Shown here piece by piece: positions 26,191 through 39,436 of a stretch of DNA of 64,000 nt (its first letter is position 1; every line of letters starts with the position of its first letter). A program made the translations under genes and the position numbers. This stretch comes from Phoronis australis (Eukaryota > Animalia > Phoronida). Where the stretch lies: the NCBI GenBank assembly GCA_002633005.1, contig NMRA01000167.1, positions 160,432-224,431 of the forward strand, written 5' to 3'. The notes under the pieces were generated by a model. That model saw only the letters and a program-made list of their open reading frames with translations, was not told the DNA's origin and did not search any database.

Positions 26191-27781
26191 GAAAAAAATC
26201 TTGAAAGGTTTGTTCAAAAGCAGCTTCACCAGTTCCTGGAGCAAAATTCCCTTCTCTCTGCAGCACAGTCTGGTTTCCGCCCGTTGCATTCCACTCTTAC
26301 TACAAACATTCATGCTACTGAGTTTATCTTTAATAATATGGATCAGGGGAGGCTTACTGGTGCTGTCTTTGTTGACCTTAAGAAAGCCTTTGACACTGTG
26401 GACCATGGTATCCTATTGCAGAAACTAGAGTCTTATGGAGATAATGACAACGAACTCCTTTGGTTTAGAAACTACTTATACGACCGTAAACAGGCCATCA
26501 AATACGGTAGTATACTTTCTGACTACTCAACCGTAATCACGGGAGTACCTCAGGGTTCCATTTTGGGCCCTCTATTATTCACTATTTTTGTTAAAGACCT
26601 CCCTACTGTCCTCCACAACAGTGTCCCAGTTTTATACGCTGATGACACTGCAATTATGTCCACAGCTGGATCAGTAAAAGAACTCGAAACTTCTCTCAAC
26701 GATGAGCTAGCCCTTTTCCTTGACTGGCTGATTCAAAATAAACTCACTCTTAACGTAAGTAAAACCAAGTCGATGCTGTTTGTAACCCACCAGAAATTAA
26801 AACAACAAAAACTATCCCTTTCTATCAACGGTTCTCCCATCGAGAATGATGACAAGTTTAAGTACTTGGGCCATATTTTAGATCCCAATCTTAAATTTAA
26901 TATGCACATAGATCATATCACAAAGAAATTGTCAAAGAAAATCGGTGTACTTAAACGTCTAGGCAAATTTCTTAATGTCAGTACTCTTAAGACCCTTTAC
27001 CATTCTATTATTCAGCCTCATATTGATTATTGTTTACCGGTTTGGGGGCACACTAGTGACACACTTGTCAGCAAAGTCCAAGTAAGCCAAAATAGAGCCA
27101 AGGCTATCCTGGGTACTAGAATTAGGGACACTAGGGTTGACGACTGGGATTTATGAAAGTAAGACAAAGAAATAAATATCTCTCTGCCTGTTGTATGTAC
27201 AGATGTATCAATGGCTTGGCTCCACCATATCTCAGCAGTAAATTCAATAGCAGTCAGGATGTATATTCTACATGATCTTCTGTTGCTGGCAATGTTTCTT
27301 CTAAAAAAATTAAAACCGAGACGGGCAAGAGATCTTTTATCTATGCAGCTGCTATAATATGGATTTGTCTTAGCCCAGAAATTAAACGGTCCAATTCAAT
27401 CACAACCTTTAAAGTAAATATTAAAAAGTGGCTGTAATTTACCTAAACTTTTATACCCTGCCTGTCTTAATCATGTCATTTTTTCATTGTCGTAAATACT
27501 CTCACTGTCTAGAGCCATCTCTTAATTTATTTCATCTGTCTTAGTTAAATTTTTACCATTATTCGTCATTTAGTTAATGTCTTAATTCTCAACCTGTTTT
27601 AATTGTATCTTTGTTACGTATATTTCATTGTTGTTTTATTACTTCATTGTATTATATTACTGTTTTTCTTGTTGAGGGCCCTCTTGGAAAGCAGTGCTAT
27701 CACTGAAGAGGCCACCCTCATTTTAAATATCACAATAATAAATAGATAAATAGATAAATAAATAAATAAATAAATAAATAA
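26191..27781 (+). mobile_element. 5'-truncated non-LTR retrotransposon (L2/CR1 group) with degenerate RT ORF2
   Basis: QSGFRP, FVDLKKAFDTVDH, GVPQGSILGPLLF, YADD and KYLG motifs; frameshift near 27140, then CINGLAPPYL; 3' stem-loop 27674-27719 and (TAAA)n tail 27734-27781. Confidence 0.93.
26284..27156 (+). pseudogene. Reverse transcriptase fragment of the LINE
   Basis: 290-aa ORF with RT motifs; no endonuclease domain; frameshifted C-terminus. Confidence 0.88.
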
Positions 27782-30700
27782 CTAGGACACGTGACAATCA
27801 TCAACCTATAGGAGCCAGGAGCTGACCAAACTCGTGGCACATGGCAGAGACGAACCAATAGTGAGGCTGGGAATGAAATGTTCTAGTGCGTTGTGTGCAA
27901 AAGGACTGCGTGCAAATCTACACAAATGATTAATGGACCAGTCCGAAAGAAGGAGAAATGGGGTATAAGTGAGACGAGTCCATATTCTCACATAAATGTA
28001 GTTAACCAGTGAAATAGCATTAATGTTCGACATATGCACCATTCCAAAGCCGCACATCCAAAGAGAACAGGGACCGATCTCTAATCTTTGTACTCGAAAC
28101 GAACTCGAAATTTTTTTTTTGCAATTTCTCTTCTCATTTTGTGCGAACCCAAGAAAAGACTGTGCTCGAATACATCATAGCTTATGCATATGAGTTTCTA
28201 GTCCAAGTTTGCACTTGAAGACCCTTATATTCGAGTAAAAACTTCAAATTTCGAGTTCAAATTCAAACTTTTAGCCTTAATGAGGGGCTTCTCAACTGCA
28301 AACTAGGACTGATATATCCACGTAAGTCTGTGTTCGAGCATAGAATAATAGACACTTATCTTGAGTTCGCAAAAGGTAGAGTAGAAAATGCCAAACATAA
28401 TTTCGAGTAAAAGGATTAGAAACCGGGCCCAATGACAGTCTTATATAACAGAGTGTAGCAGTTTGGCCCGGGTGTTTATTTGACAAGGAACTTAGACCTC
28501 GACATTCGGTCTCGGTCGATACGCGGAATAATGTCTCGTGGGATATTACTTCATGTACGCCAATCTCGATACGTTTTGTGTATATAAATCAAAGTAACTC
28601 GACAGAGACCACCACAGGTATAAGAAACATATCTTTCTGTCTATGGAGACCACCTGCTGCAGAACTAACGCGCGCGCCGTACCGGCAGTGAGACCAACTC
28701 CGTCAACGCCGAGTACACCCAGGTGCGTTGTTGGAATTTCTGATCGTGTGCATTGGATTCAAAAGTTTCAATCCACAATTATGGCATTAATGCATGTCTT
28801 AGAACAAAGAAACTGGCTACATTCTGATGGACAAAGGATCGCTCTTTCTAATGCAACAAATTGTTATTTTTTCACTAAGCAGGGACGGATCCAAGATTTT
28901 GAGTTGGGGGGAAGAGCAGAGAATTAGGTAGGATTTTGCTCGTCAGACATTCGCACCCCTGTACTGCCAAATGGAATATAGGAGACTATTAGGGGGGGGG
29001 GGGGGGGNGGCCCCCTTAAATCTGGGACTGGTAAATGGGCGCATCCATTACAATACAGGGCAATGACGTACATGTGGAAAAAACGATTATTGAGCGCTGA
29101 CTACATAACTGACTCGCCTAAAAATAAGTACGCTGTCCCAGAAGGCGGTCAAGATGACAAGGTTTAGCGAGCGCTGAGGTTAACAGCAGCAATCAGAGGT
29201 AATATGTAGCCAACAGTTAGTTAATGATCCGCTGCAGCAGCAGCGAACGAGGTCTCAACAGTAAACGCACGACGGAAAAAGTCACAAACAAGAAGAATCA
29301 CTAAATAAGCGAGTTAGCAGCTGCCTGTAATTACTCTGAGTTCGAGCAACATCTGCTAGCTCCAAAATCTCTTTCCAATATCGTTATGTGTAAGACGATT
29401 TTTTTTCGTTAAACTTTCTGTTTTGAAAAGTACCGACGAGTATGCCAAACCAACCGATTAAATTGCCAGGCGTTGTAAAACAGTGTTCAATAGAAACTCG
29501 TACACGCTATTCACTCTCAAACGAAAACCTTTATGGATTCCTGAGCCAGAGACTTCGGCGTTAAGATACTTGTCCGTACGTCACGCGTGCGCTCTCAATT
29601 AAGAAGACGGAAACTACCGGGCCCTCTTTTTAAGGCTTCTCAAGAACGTTAAAAGGATACCAAACCCGGTTTTGGGCTATAATCTGATATTAAAAACGAC
29701 TTCCCCATCCAATTCTCTGAAGCAAAATAATGCTCCGTAACCCTCGACAACCCTCAAAAGTTTGGAGGAAAATTTAAAAACTCCTTTCGAAGTCTGCTAA
29801 ACTGGCAAGCGTGACCTACGCTATTGGCGAATTACATGGTAAATGTGGGAACAAAAGAAAACCCACCAAGGACCGTAATATCCTATCTGTGACGTACATG
29901 TAGGGAGTATGAGTTGTTATTTGATTCCTACTTTTATCTTTCAAGATTGACGCCAATGATGCATTAGCAGGTGACGGAACGAGGATTGGTTCAAATCATC
30001 AAACATGGTTTAATTAATATCCTTTTAAAGGTGTCCTAGTGGGCATAACCCTGATTGTTGACGTAAGTTCGAATTTCATCTGTTTCCTTGCGTAACTCAT
30101 CGTTTTTCTACGATAGGCGAGCCGTCTTGATTTCGACAATCGTGGCCCTGCCAGTAACACAGTTGAAACTGAAAGACTTTGTGCTGTTCTGGGCAAAATC
30201 CACGGGAATACGTTGATTCCCACTCTTTTATCCAAGCCATTGAACTGGTGGCGAACGAAAATCTTTCTTTTGCTTGCCAGTCGCTCGAACCACTGAGTAG
30301 CCCATCGACTACGCAAATGGGAGAGGAGAATTTTCAAATTTATTGATCTGTGCCTACGGATGTAAGTGCCGATAGGCTGTCAAATTTCGACAACCTACTT
30401 CACGCATTCCTTCACATCAGATGTACGTCTTCCCGGCTTCGTGATAGCGGTATAAAACTATTCTGGGACCGGAGCCCATGATTTTGTAAATGTATAGCTC
30501 AAATCCTTGCTTTATAACGAAATAAATTCTCTGCATATCCACTTGTTTACAGACAACATTAAAAACAAAATGGCGACGGTAAGCTATTTCCTTCAGCTGC
30601 TCATCACTGTGGGAGTGGCCTTTTCCTGAAATGGAACCTCAAAATGATGTCGCCGAGGAACTTATATTACTACTTCCGTTCGCATTTTGAATCAGCCCCA

Positions 30701-31074
30701 CCTTCTTCCTGGTGTTTGAATTAAAGGAATTACCAAATCCGTTAATTGCATTTTTAACTTTCGTTCTTTCAAGGTGGCGCGCTTGATAACTGTTCGGGGC
30801 ATTAATTTGCCTCACCCAGTGATACCCCGGCGTGTTCCAGTTTACAGCAAATATATACGTCTACAAACGGAAAAAACCTGTTTGGGGTTCGTATTACGTC
30901 GAACAAATAAAAATATGGACAGTTTATTTCAGTTCTGCTAGACAGTCTATCTGCGTTAATTTGGCTCACTCAGGAATAAATATGCTTCGTTCTACGAGAA
31001 ACATAGTCGCAACGTCTGTAACTACCAAGAAACATGTATCCGATGCTAAATAACGTTTAAATCACGTTAAAGAA

Positions 31075-31665
31075 ATGACTGACGATGAAAAAACAGAAGC
31101 AGCTGGTAAGATGTGAATTTTAATCGAAGCCTTAGTAATTCACTCAGAAACTCATAATTCTCTCTTTATCAAACCTTAAGACGATTTCCAAAGCAATCGC
31201 GTCATTAATGCCAACACAAAATAACGGATTTGGTCTCTTTTGGGCAATTGAAGACTATTTTAAATACAACAAATTTGTTACGAACTGATTGCACGAAATA
31301 TAAAAAGTGTAATGAACATTACAGAAAGAAGTAGGTTTCGCGCACAAATGCTGTGGGCCATAAACAAGTAGGTCTCTTGTTATCAATAACTTGAGTGAAG
31401 TCGTGGTGGTTCAGTGGTAAAGCACGCGCGTTCTATTTCGAGTGGTGGTGTAGTGCTAAAGCATGCGCGCTCTAAACACCAGGTCGTGAGTTCGAGTCTA
31501 TGGTAATGGCAGTTTTTCAAGTTTGACACGTTCTCCGTGTTTTTTATTTCTTTGCCTTTTTTTCTTGGATAATACTTCGGGAATCTAGGAAAATGCTTGA
31601 TTTTCAGAGGAGAAAACAGAAAAATTTTCCTGGGTGGGAGGGGGGCAAACCCTCTCCCGACCTCC
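31075..31665 (+). repeat. Partial copy of the 15513-16498 element, with tRNA-like A/B-box segment
   Basis: Near-identical GATGAAAAAACAGAAGC(T/A)GCTGGTAAGATGT...; TGGTGTAGTGCTAAAGCA and GAGTTCGAGTC. Confidence 0.75.
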
Positions 31666-32424
31666 CAACTCAGTTTTCAAATATGACGCCTATTTTTGCA
31701 TAAATTATATAAATTTACCATGCACGGATACCCCTACCTGCAACTGTTGTCATTATATTAAAAAATAATTGCAGTCGGTCTGGTACACATTGTACAAGAC
31801 GTGCGTAGGTGTTAATACTGCAGTTGCGTTTAATCAATGTCTTCCATAGCATTATTTGCAGGAATAAATAAAGAAATAACTTTTTTTAAATAACTAAATG
31901 AATGATTTAAATATTTGTAAATATTTATCCTGGTAAAAAACCGGGTGCATGAAAAACTTCCAACCCGAACTAATTTTCCATTTTAGTTAAATTTCTTAAT
32001 GCCCTGGTGAACTCTTTTATATGACGTCAATCGTGATAAAACTATCTTTGTTGAGGCAAACAAACACAAAAATCATACATCTCGAAAGCGAAACATTTTT
32101 CTTTAAGAATTCTTGCTTTCCTCTACGTCAACGAAACCTCACGAGAGTTAGACCTTTTATGTTTAAGTTTACCTTCGTTTTGGAGATTCCTTCCCAAAGT
32201 AACCAATAAGGCTGACCGCAAACGTTTCAAAGGACCAAAGGAGTCCTTGGCACTTGGCGTAACGGTTATTTCCTGCGCAGTGTTGACAATGAATTAGCCA
32301 GGGATTGACAGGAAAACGACCAGTAATGACACCGCGGGCGATCATCATCTATAGCAGGTTAGAAATAGCTAGCACAAGTGGCCAACTGGCAGTGCCGTCA
32401 TCGGCGCGCTTCGCAAACATCGTG

Positions 32425-32431
32425 TATAAAA
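32425..32431 (+). promoter_or_regulatory. TATA box of prohormone-like gene
   Basis: TATAAAA in GC-rich context, 77 nt upstream of ATG 32502. Confidence 0.6.
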
Positions 32432-32501
32432 GCGGTTTGTGTCTGCCGTGTCCCGCAAACCGCCTGTATAGCAGCGAGCTTAACAGAAGATACTCTTTAT
32501 C

Positions 32502-32667
32502 ATGCTGGGTTTTCGTGCTGTAACATTCCTCCCGGTGACTTTGTTTTTGTTGTCTGCACTTGTGTCTTCGTTTGTCAACGGTTTACCCCTGCTCGGACGT
32601 GACTTAGTGGAAACACAGGCGAATCGTGAAAGTCGTCTGTCAAGACTTGACCTAAACTACATTTATG
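32502..32667 (+). CDS. Secreted neuropeptide/prohormone-like precursor, exon 1 (signal peptide)
   Basis: MLGFRAVTFLPVTLFLLSALVSSFVNG|LP hydrophobic signal with V-N-G cleavage site; donor G|GTAAGT, phase 1. Confidence 0.75.
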
Positions 32668-34799
32668 GTAAGTATCTCTTTTTGATAGATTCTCATTGGC
32701 ACCTGAGAATGCATGCGCAGGTCCAGAAGAGGGGCAGATCTCTTTTGTACCACTTTTATATCGCTGCAGTTAAATAATCCAAAGTGTCTCCTGTGTCTGT
32801 CCATTGCAAAGCTCCCTCCTGGACTCGATTTCACCGGATGTCGCCTACGGAGACACTCTCAACTGAGAGATCATGACACACCTCCCTCGTTTGCTCGATC
32901 CTGAGAAATAATTCAAGATCCTTAGGATCTGGGGGGACGCTAAATTTGACTTGCTAAGAGACCCCGGTCCCCACAGCCGCTCATATCATTTGGCTAGCAC
33001 TTAGGTGCAGATACTTGTACGAAATCCTAACTCTATCTTATATTATAGTCCATGGGCCTTAAATTTGTCGCCAGTCCATTTCAAGAAAAGTTTGACTTAA
33101 GTTTTTTTACTTTAGTTTATCACCCTATCCCTCCTCACCCTCCCCCCTCTCTCTCAGTGCCCGATCAAGCCGGGATTGATGAGTTTCTAAGTTATAACAA
33201 GTCTAATGATGTGAGATGGTTTATCTTATAAAAGTCAAAATTGGAACTCAGTGTTCATTTTCAATTTCAACCAAAGCAAATGACGAATCCCTAATAATAG
33301 CATTTGGCGTTTGTGTGTGTTCGCGTGCGCCTGTGTGGTGTGTCTTGGTGTTTATCATAGGATTATAATGATGCACTGTTTTTGTAATCGACTGTGTTCA
33401 ATATCTTGACTTCGTTATCTTACATGTGCAAAAACACAAATCTGATTTATAGAATGTCGGGTCAGAGCAAACAACTGCTTTTGTGAATATAGTTCTTTAC
33501 TACTTAAAGAGGCATGGACCGCAAAGCTCGTCAAAAGTATCTTTTAAACAATCCCTGACGAAAGTACCACCTCGCAACGTCTAGTACAGAGTAATTCACT
33601 TTCCCCTGTGTGGAAATTTCCTGAAAAATCAAATAACTCACGATTTTTGAAATACGCGAGAAGGAAAAACTCTGGTTACCACAGAATTTCTAATCTTCCT
33701 CCCACTTATGATAAATTCGCACATGCGCTCACAATCAGTTGCCTGAAGTCACTTGAGGTCAAAGGTCACATTTTTCACATGAAAGAAATGTGCCACGTCT
33801 ATATCTAGCCATACCAAAAAGGAGACGTGCTTTGCTTCGTGGGAGAAAAATCAACGAAGTGGCGAGCAGTTGACAGATGGTTTTTTGAAATTTGAAACTA
33901 GAAGGAAATGCTTTGATGTCAACAGAAATTAAAAATCTTTACGAACAAACCCTAAAAATACCTGGTGAGCAGGTTGAATTCCGTTTCAGTGGCAGAGAAC
34001 CCCTTTAAATATTACAATTTAGTCTGTTTATCGCGTTCCAGACCTCTTAAAGGTGAAGGAAAACGCTCACAAAATGAAATTGGACTAGATATTCGCGGCT
34101 ATTTAAAGGGGTGCTCTACCGCTATTTTGGAGCTCAACTCTTCTTGTTAGTTCAAATGCATCGTTGATCTACACTGTAAGTGTCCCTTAGCTCATCAAAA
34201 AGACACATTTCTGCTTTCGTAGTGGGGCAAGATAGACATACGCAGTGTTACATAGCCCGACTGTCGGAACTATATTCATTGGATGGCAGAAAGAGATAGC
34301 CGGTAGGCCTGGTATAAGCAAATTCAAACTTTAACGACAGACTCTTCCGGGAGATGAGGTGAGTGTGGCTTATCAAAAGTTATCAAAAATATCCCATCAA
34401 CAACTAGGAAAAGAAGAACATAAATAATAGATGCTAAAGAGCTCGGAGCCGTCTAGTCTAGCCTGATGCCAGCCTCGTTTGCGGGAGTGTTAATCTCGCA
34501 AACAGGAATTGCATTTGGGACACTAAAATTGTGTTTCACGCCCTCCAACTTTCGGTAGCCCCACACTCGAACTTTGGAACAGCATTCCGAACCCTTGTCG
34601 CATCCAACTCTCGATCCGCATTCCGATTCTCTGTCACAGTCCACCTCATCTTCCGGGGAGTCTCTCGTTAAAATCTGGATTCACTCATCCCTCCATTGAG
34701 GCCTACACACAGTATCGCTCAAGTCTATCTATACACCGTCAGTTATGCAATTTCTCCAAAGGAAGATGGTATAGGATGAATCAATATGTGTCATCATGA

Positions 34800-35015
34800 T
34801 GCGACAGCATATATTGTCGCCCTCGACACATATTGTCCCACCCCATGGGCGACAATGCGAGCTAGATGTGAGAAAATATGCCACGAACGGCGACACATAT
34901 TTTCGTCCGTGCGACAACATGTGTCGATGTTGACGGCATATATTGTCACGGCACTCCGACTCATCTTATATTGTCGCTCGGCAACAATATGTGTCGAGTA
35001 CAACCTTATATGCCA
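34800..35015. repeat. Foldback-like cluster of short direct and inverted repeats
   Basis: CTCGACACATATTGT at about 34822 with reverse complement ACAATATGTGTCGAG at about 34984; recurring GCGACA/TGTCGC and ATATTGTC. Confidence 0.6.
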
Positions 35016-35125
35016 CAACAGGGTACCCCATTCATTGGAAGCAAATGGGTCACGTTTTCTCGTAACCGTTTCAGATCTTTGATCTACCACGTTGGATGAA
35101 AGCCTATGTGATATTCCTTTTTCAG

Positions 35126-35185
35126 GTTTACTTACCAGATTAAGTGATTATGGCAGATCTGAGGACAGACCTGAAGCCGGCTATG
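35126..35185 (+). CDS. Prohormone-like precursor, exon 2
   Basis: cctttttcAG|(G)LLTRLSDYGRSEDRPEAGY+G|GTACGT; 60 nt, phase 1-1. Confidence 0.65.
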
Positions 35186-36578
35186 GTACGTCAACAGTAG
35201 GACCAAACAATTTTTTGGATAAAATTCAAGAAAAGTGGATATATTGGACTCCGAGAAAAAGCAAACATTGCTTTTCTTACATTTAGGGTTCCAAAAACGT
35301 ATTGTTTTCATACTCTTCACAAAAATTCAATGAAAATTAAAATCCAAATATAATGAACCTGACTATATAACGTCCTATTAATGTGGGATAAAGCAATTTC
35401 TGCGTTAGCGATGGCTTTAGGCAACAAAACACTCGCAAAAAGAATCTGGTATATCGTGGACTAAATCTGGTGATTTTCCGAACTTTGGCTTCTGAAATTG
35501 AATTACTCTTAAAAAGCATAGTAAGGATTATTTTTAAGGGAAAAAATACGACAAAAATTAGCCAAACTGAATACTAATTAGAAGGGTTGGGTTTCTGTTT
35601 TATTAACCATTGTTGACTCTTTGAACCGCGGAAATAGATAATTGTACTGTGAGACGTGATGCCGAATAGAAGAGCACGAGAACGCTTAACAATCTACTTG
35701 GATGATGTATGGATATGTCTCCGAATTTAGAAATCGCCGTTGTATGGAGTTGAAACCAATAGGCAGGTCTTTACAATGCGTGTGCGTTAAGGGTCACTGC
35801 ATCACGAAAGCGGCGTGGTTTTCTTTTGAGTATTGTAGGCTTTCGGGCTGAGATTCCTGAATGAAAACTTAAAAACGCAGGTATCTCTTGAGGAATCTGG
35901 TCTTCCCAAGGATTTGGTCCGTTTCCTGGTATGGAGTTTGATCACCACCGGAGTGTTGAGCATTTTTTTGGCGCGCGTGGAGTTTGAAGGGGCGTAGATC
36001 TGGGATTCGTACCACGGGTTTTTTCCTAGTCCGGAACTTGGGTACCTGGAATTAATTAATTTGCATAACCAAGAAATCGTTTCCACACTGACCTGCATGT
36101 AGTTTGCAGACGGGAAAAATATCACCGGGTAGCAGTGGAGAATTTAAGGGAGGGGGGGGGCAAGGGGGTCATGCCTCCCCTAAAATTCTCCCATCCATTT
36201 GGCGCTTCAGGGGTTCAAATGTCTAACGGGCAAAACCCTGGCTAATACTCTACTCCCCCCTAACTGAAAACCCTAGATCCGCCCCTGGGTAGGCAGTACG
36301 TCCTATAGTATTAGATTTGTGGATGAAAACTTAAAAATGATGCGATGAGTCCAGATTCGCGCACAAAGGTAATGGATGTATACTAACTAGCTCTGCACTA
36401 AACTGAGTAAGTATATTCTGCTGCCAAGCCCGACACTAAGCAAAGGGGGCTCTTCATTTGGACAGAAATCAATTACCCTGTCCTTAAGCTAAGCACAACA
36501 CGACAACAGTTTATGACTTTCTGATTGCTGGATCAATGTATAATTAACAACGCATCAGGAAAGCGAATGTTGCTTTAA

Positions 36579-36948
36579 AATGAAACTTGCAGGCTTATCC
36601 CTAATTATTTCTGTCATTGCTTTGTCAAATTCAGTAGCTAGAAACACAACATATAACGACGAATATGAAGTACGCTGAAAATTACCGAGTTTTGTGTCGA
36701 GAATGATCCGCCGTAAATCACTCAATCGTGTCCAATAAGTATCGTGACGAGGTGGTGGGGAATAACACTGCGTGATGCGAGCCCCCAAGGGAACGTCATA
36801 GATGCAAAGGTCACCTATTTTTTGTTTTCACATTTACTAGTTGTCAAAGAATACAACTGCACTTTGTTTAGTGTAGATGATGTTCAAATAGCATTCTCGT
36901 AAAGTTCCGTCTCTAAATTTGCATAATTACGAGCATGCAAATACAACT
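36579..36948. mobile_element. 370-bp TTAA-flanked non-autonomous DNA element (Kolobok/piggyBac-like), copy 1
   Basis: TTAA on both sides; core AAATCACTCAA-x-C-x-TGTCCAATAAGTATC shared with 46605-46994 and 49799-50168 (reverse). Confidence 0.7.
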
Positions 36949-37077
36949 TTAAATATTACCATCAGTGATGCAGAATGCTGCAGACTAACCGCTCCAACTG
37001 GAGAGTTTCCGGGGGGCAAATGTTTCAACTTATATTTACACACAAACCAGTGATATGTACTTATTGTTCTTTTACAG

Positions 37078-37199
37078 ATTCCATTTACAAAAGGGACAAT
37101 CTTATGTCAAGGATAAAAGCCCTGGGGAAACATTTGTTTAGTACTAAAGGCAACGAGCGAGTACATTCCTTCAGGTTTGGCATTGGCCGCCGGAAGTGA
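37078..37199 (+). CDS. Prohormone-like precursor, exon 3 (mature amidated peptide)
   Basis: cttttacAG|(D)SIY-KR-DNLMSRIKALGKHLFSTKGNERVHSFRFGI-G-RRK-stop; AATAAA at 37286-37291. Confidence 0.75.
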
Positions 37200-39436
37200 T
37201 CGAGTCATCTACCAATGTAATGCGGCTTTCCCTGGACATTTGTCAGATCTAATGATGTATGTGTAACTATATATTGTATATGTTAAATAAAAATGGTTAG
37301 AATTTTTTCTGGGCTCGAGATCCACTCTCGTAGGATGTTATTAATCTGAACTGTAACTGAGTTTTGAAAATTTTTGATCTACTTTAGTGAACTCAACATA
37401 CGTGGGCGCCCCCTGCGGCCAAAACCAAAACAAAAAGGTAGCATATCCAGGACAATAGTGAGAAAGCCTTTTAATTGTAGACCTCGACTGTTGACCCCAG
37501 AACTGAAGCTCCGAACGCCTATTCGAGCTTTAAATATATCAAGTTTGAACTGGAGTTTGTAGCTTAAATACCGGGGAAAACAAGTGCGAACTTGGACTTT
37601 GTACTGATCTACCTGCAGTATAACCAAGTAGGGCTACTGTCAAAGACATTTATTTTGATTTCGTTCTCAAGTCCAGAAAATGTTGGAGTTCAAGGTCGTG
37701 GACCACACGCACTTGATAACTACAGTGCTTCACGTCGCAGTATGCTTTGAATAATGCAATCTTCTTAGCATGTATGACAATTACGAATTATGGGAAATTC
37801 TTTCTTTTCACTTCCGGATGAAACAAGCTTTGAACCAACTAGACGTTAACGGTCTCAGTGTTTGAACAATGGAATCCGCTTAAGCATGGCCTGGAAAATG
37901 ATGAATTATGGGAAATTCCTTCTTTCCGCTTCCGCATGACTAGAAAACTCTTTTGCTGTGAAGACAACAATTTCCTAAAATTTGTAAAGTGTTCATCTAT
38001 CCACAAAAATGTCGATTATGAAGACGTCATGCTAACAATGAAACTTAAGACACAGCTTGCTCAAAGCCGAGTTTCCGGAAACGTAGTACTCTTCTAGACA
38101 GGAAGCTAGCTGTAGAGACAACTGTCACCCCAAAAGAGCACTCCCACTCGCCAAGCTTGCTTATGAATTTCTTCAACATCAATAATGAGCGTTTTAAATG
38201 TTCACACTGCTAACATGAAAAATAACGGTCTTGACGGATGATTTGTGATTTCACGGATGATATGAATAAGAACAATAAAGAATTAATGCAAACAAGTGAT
38301 TTCATGATCTTACAGCGCGAGAATGTCATTTAAACATTTGTAACTCAGAACAACCGTTGGCAATGAATGATGGCGGAAATGGAGAGCAACTTGATAAAAT
38401 ATTAATGCCCTTACTAATAGCTACCAGCCAGGGGTGCCATTATAGACTACACGTCAACAAATTCAATAGGAAATTAAGTAGGTACAAATAGACTACCCTT
38501 GTCCCACGCGTTTCCTATATGTACTTTTGCGATCGAATTAATAAATTGCTAAGAAAAAGAAGTCGAAATAGACCTTTTACTCAGCTAAAATCTCGTAACA
38601 TTCCTCACCGTGATAAGAATTTGTATTTCCGTTACCAACTCAGTCACGGGCATTGTTTACATGCGCCGCTTTTGAATTCGCAGTTGGCCAACGCCACTAA
38701 ACTTCGAGGCGACTGTTCCTACGCCACTCATGGTTTTGATGCTCTTGCTGGTAACGGAAATAGGTTCTAACACGCTAAGGGAAATCATGAGACCGATTTG
38801 TCAGGGTAAAAGGCCTAATTCAATTTTCGTTTTTTAACCAGCTAAACAAGGAAAAATGCAGCTTTTAAACGTGACTTAGCCAATTACTATGAAAGCCAAC
38901 ACAAGTGCAGAGAGTTATCTTACTAGGATACACGTGCTCCAAGTCTAGTGTAGGGGAATAAAGTGCGACAAATAAATGAATCAATTTAGAAAAATTACTT
39001 TTAATAACAGACCTTCCGTAAGATTACTGCTATAGAAAACTATATTGGGTATTAGTTCGTATAATTTCCAACAGGATAAATCAAGGCAGGAAATAAATTT
39101 GCGGGCGTCAACACAGATACATTTTTATTTCCAAAATTTGGAATATATCCGGTAGCTTGAAAAATCTCTTCCAAGAGGTCTAGATTTTTTACGATTTTTC
39201 TGATTCATCCAATAATATAGCTGTGTCACAGATTAAAGAATCTTAGCTCATTGTTGCCAACACACAGTTTTTTACTTTTTTATGTTTTGTCTTTAAAATT
39301 CCTAAAATTTCGGGAGGCCTAAGAGGACATGGGGTCATCCTGTTTACACCCATCTAATACAGGGAAAATGTAGACGAACTCCATTTGGATAACATGTGCA
39401 TTTGACCAATCATTCAAAAGTTTCACCCACCATTCT

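Noticed and set aside
31400-31500. Functional tRNA gene
   Set aside because: The 5' half is duplicated, there is no complete acceptor stem, and it lies inside a multi-copy repeat.
36555-36788. Recurrent ORF ...HDTYWTxLSDLRRII... (also at 46628 and 49909) as a small gene family
   Set aside because: All copies lie within the 370-bp TTAA element, and their frames and ends are not conserved.
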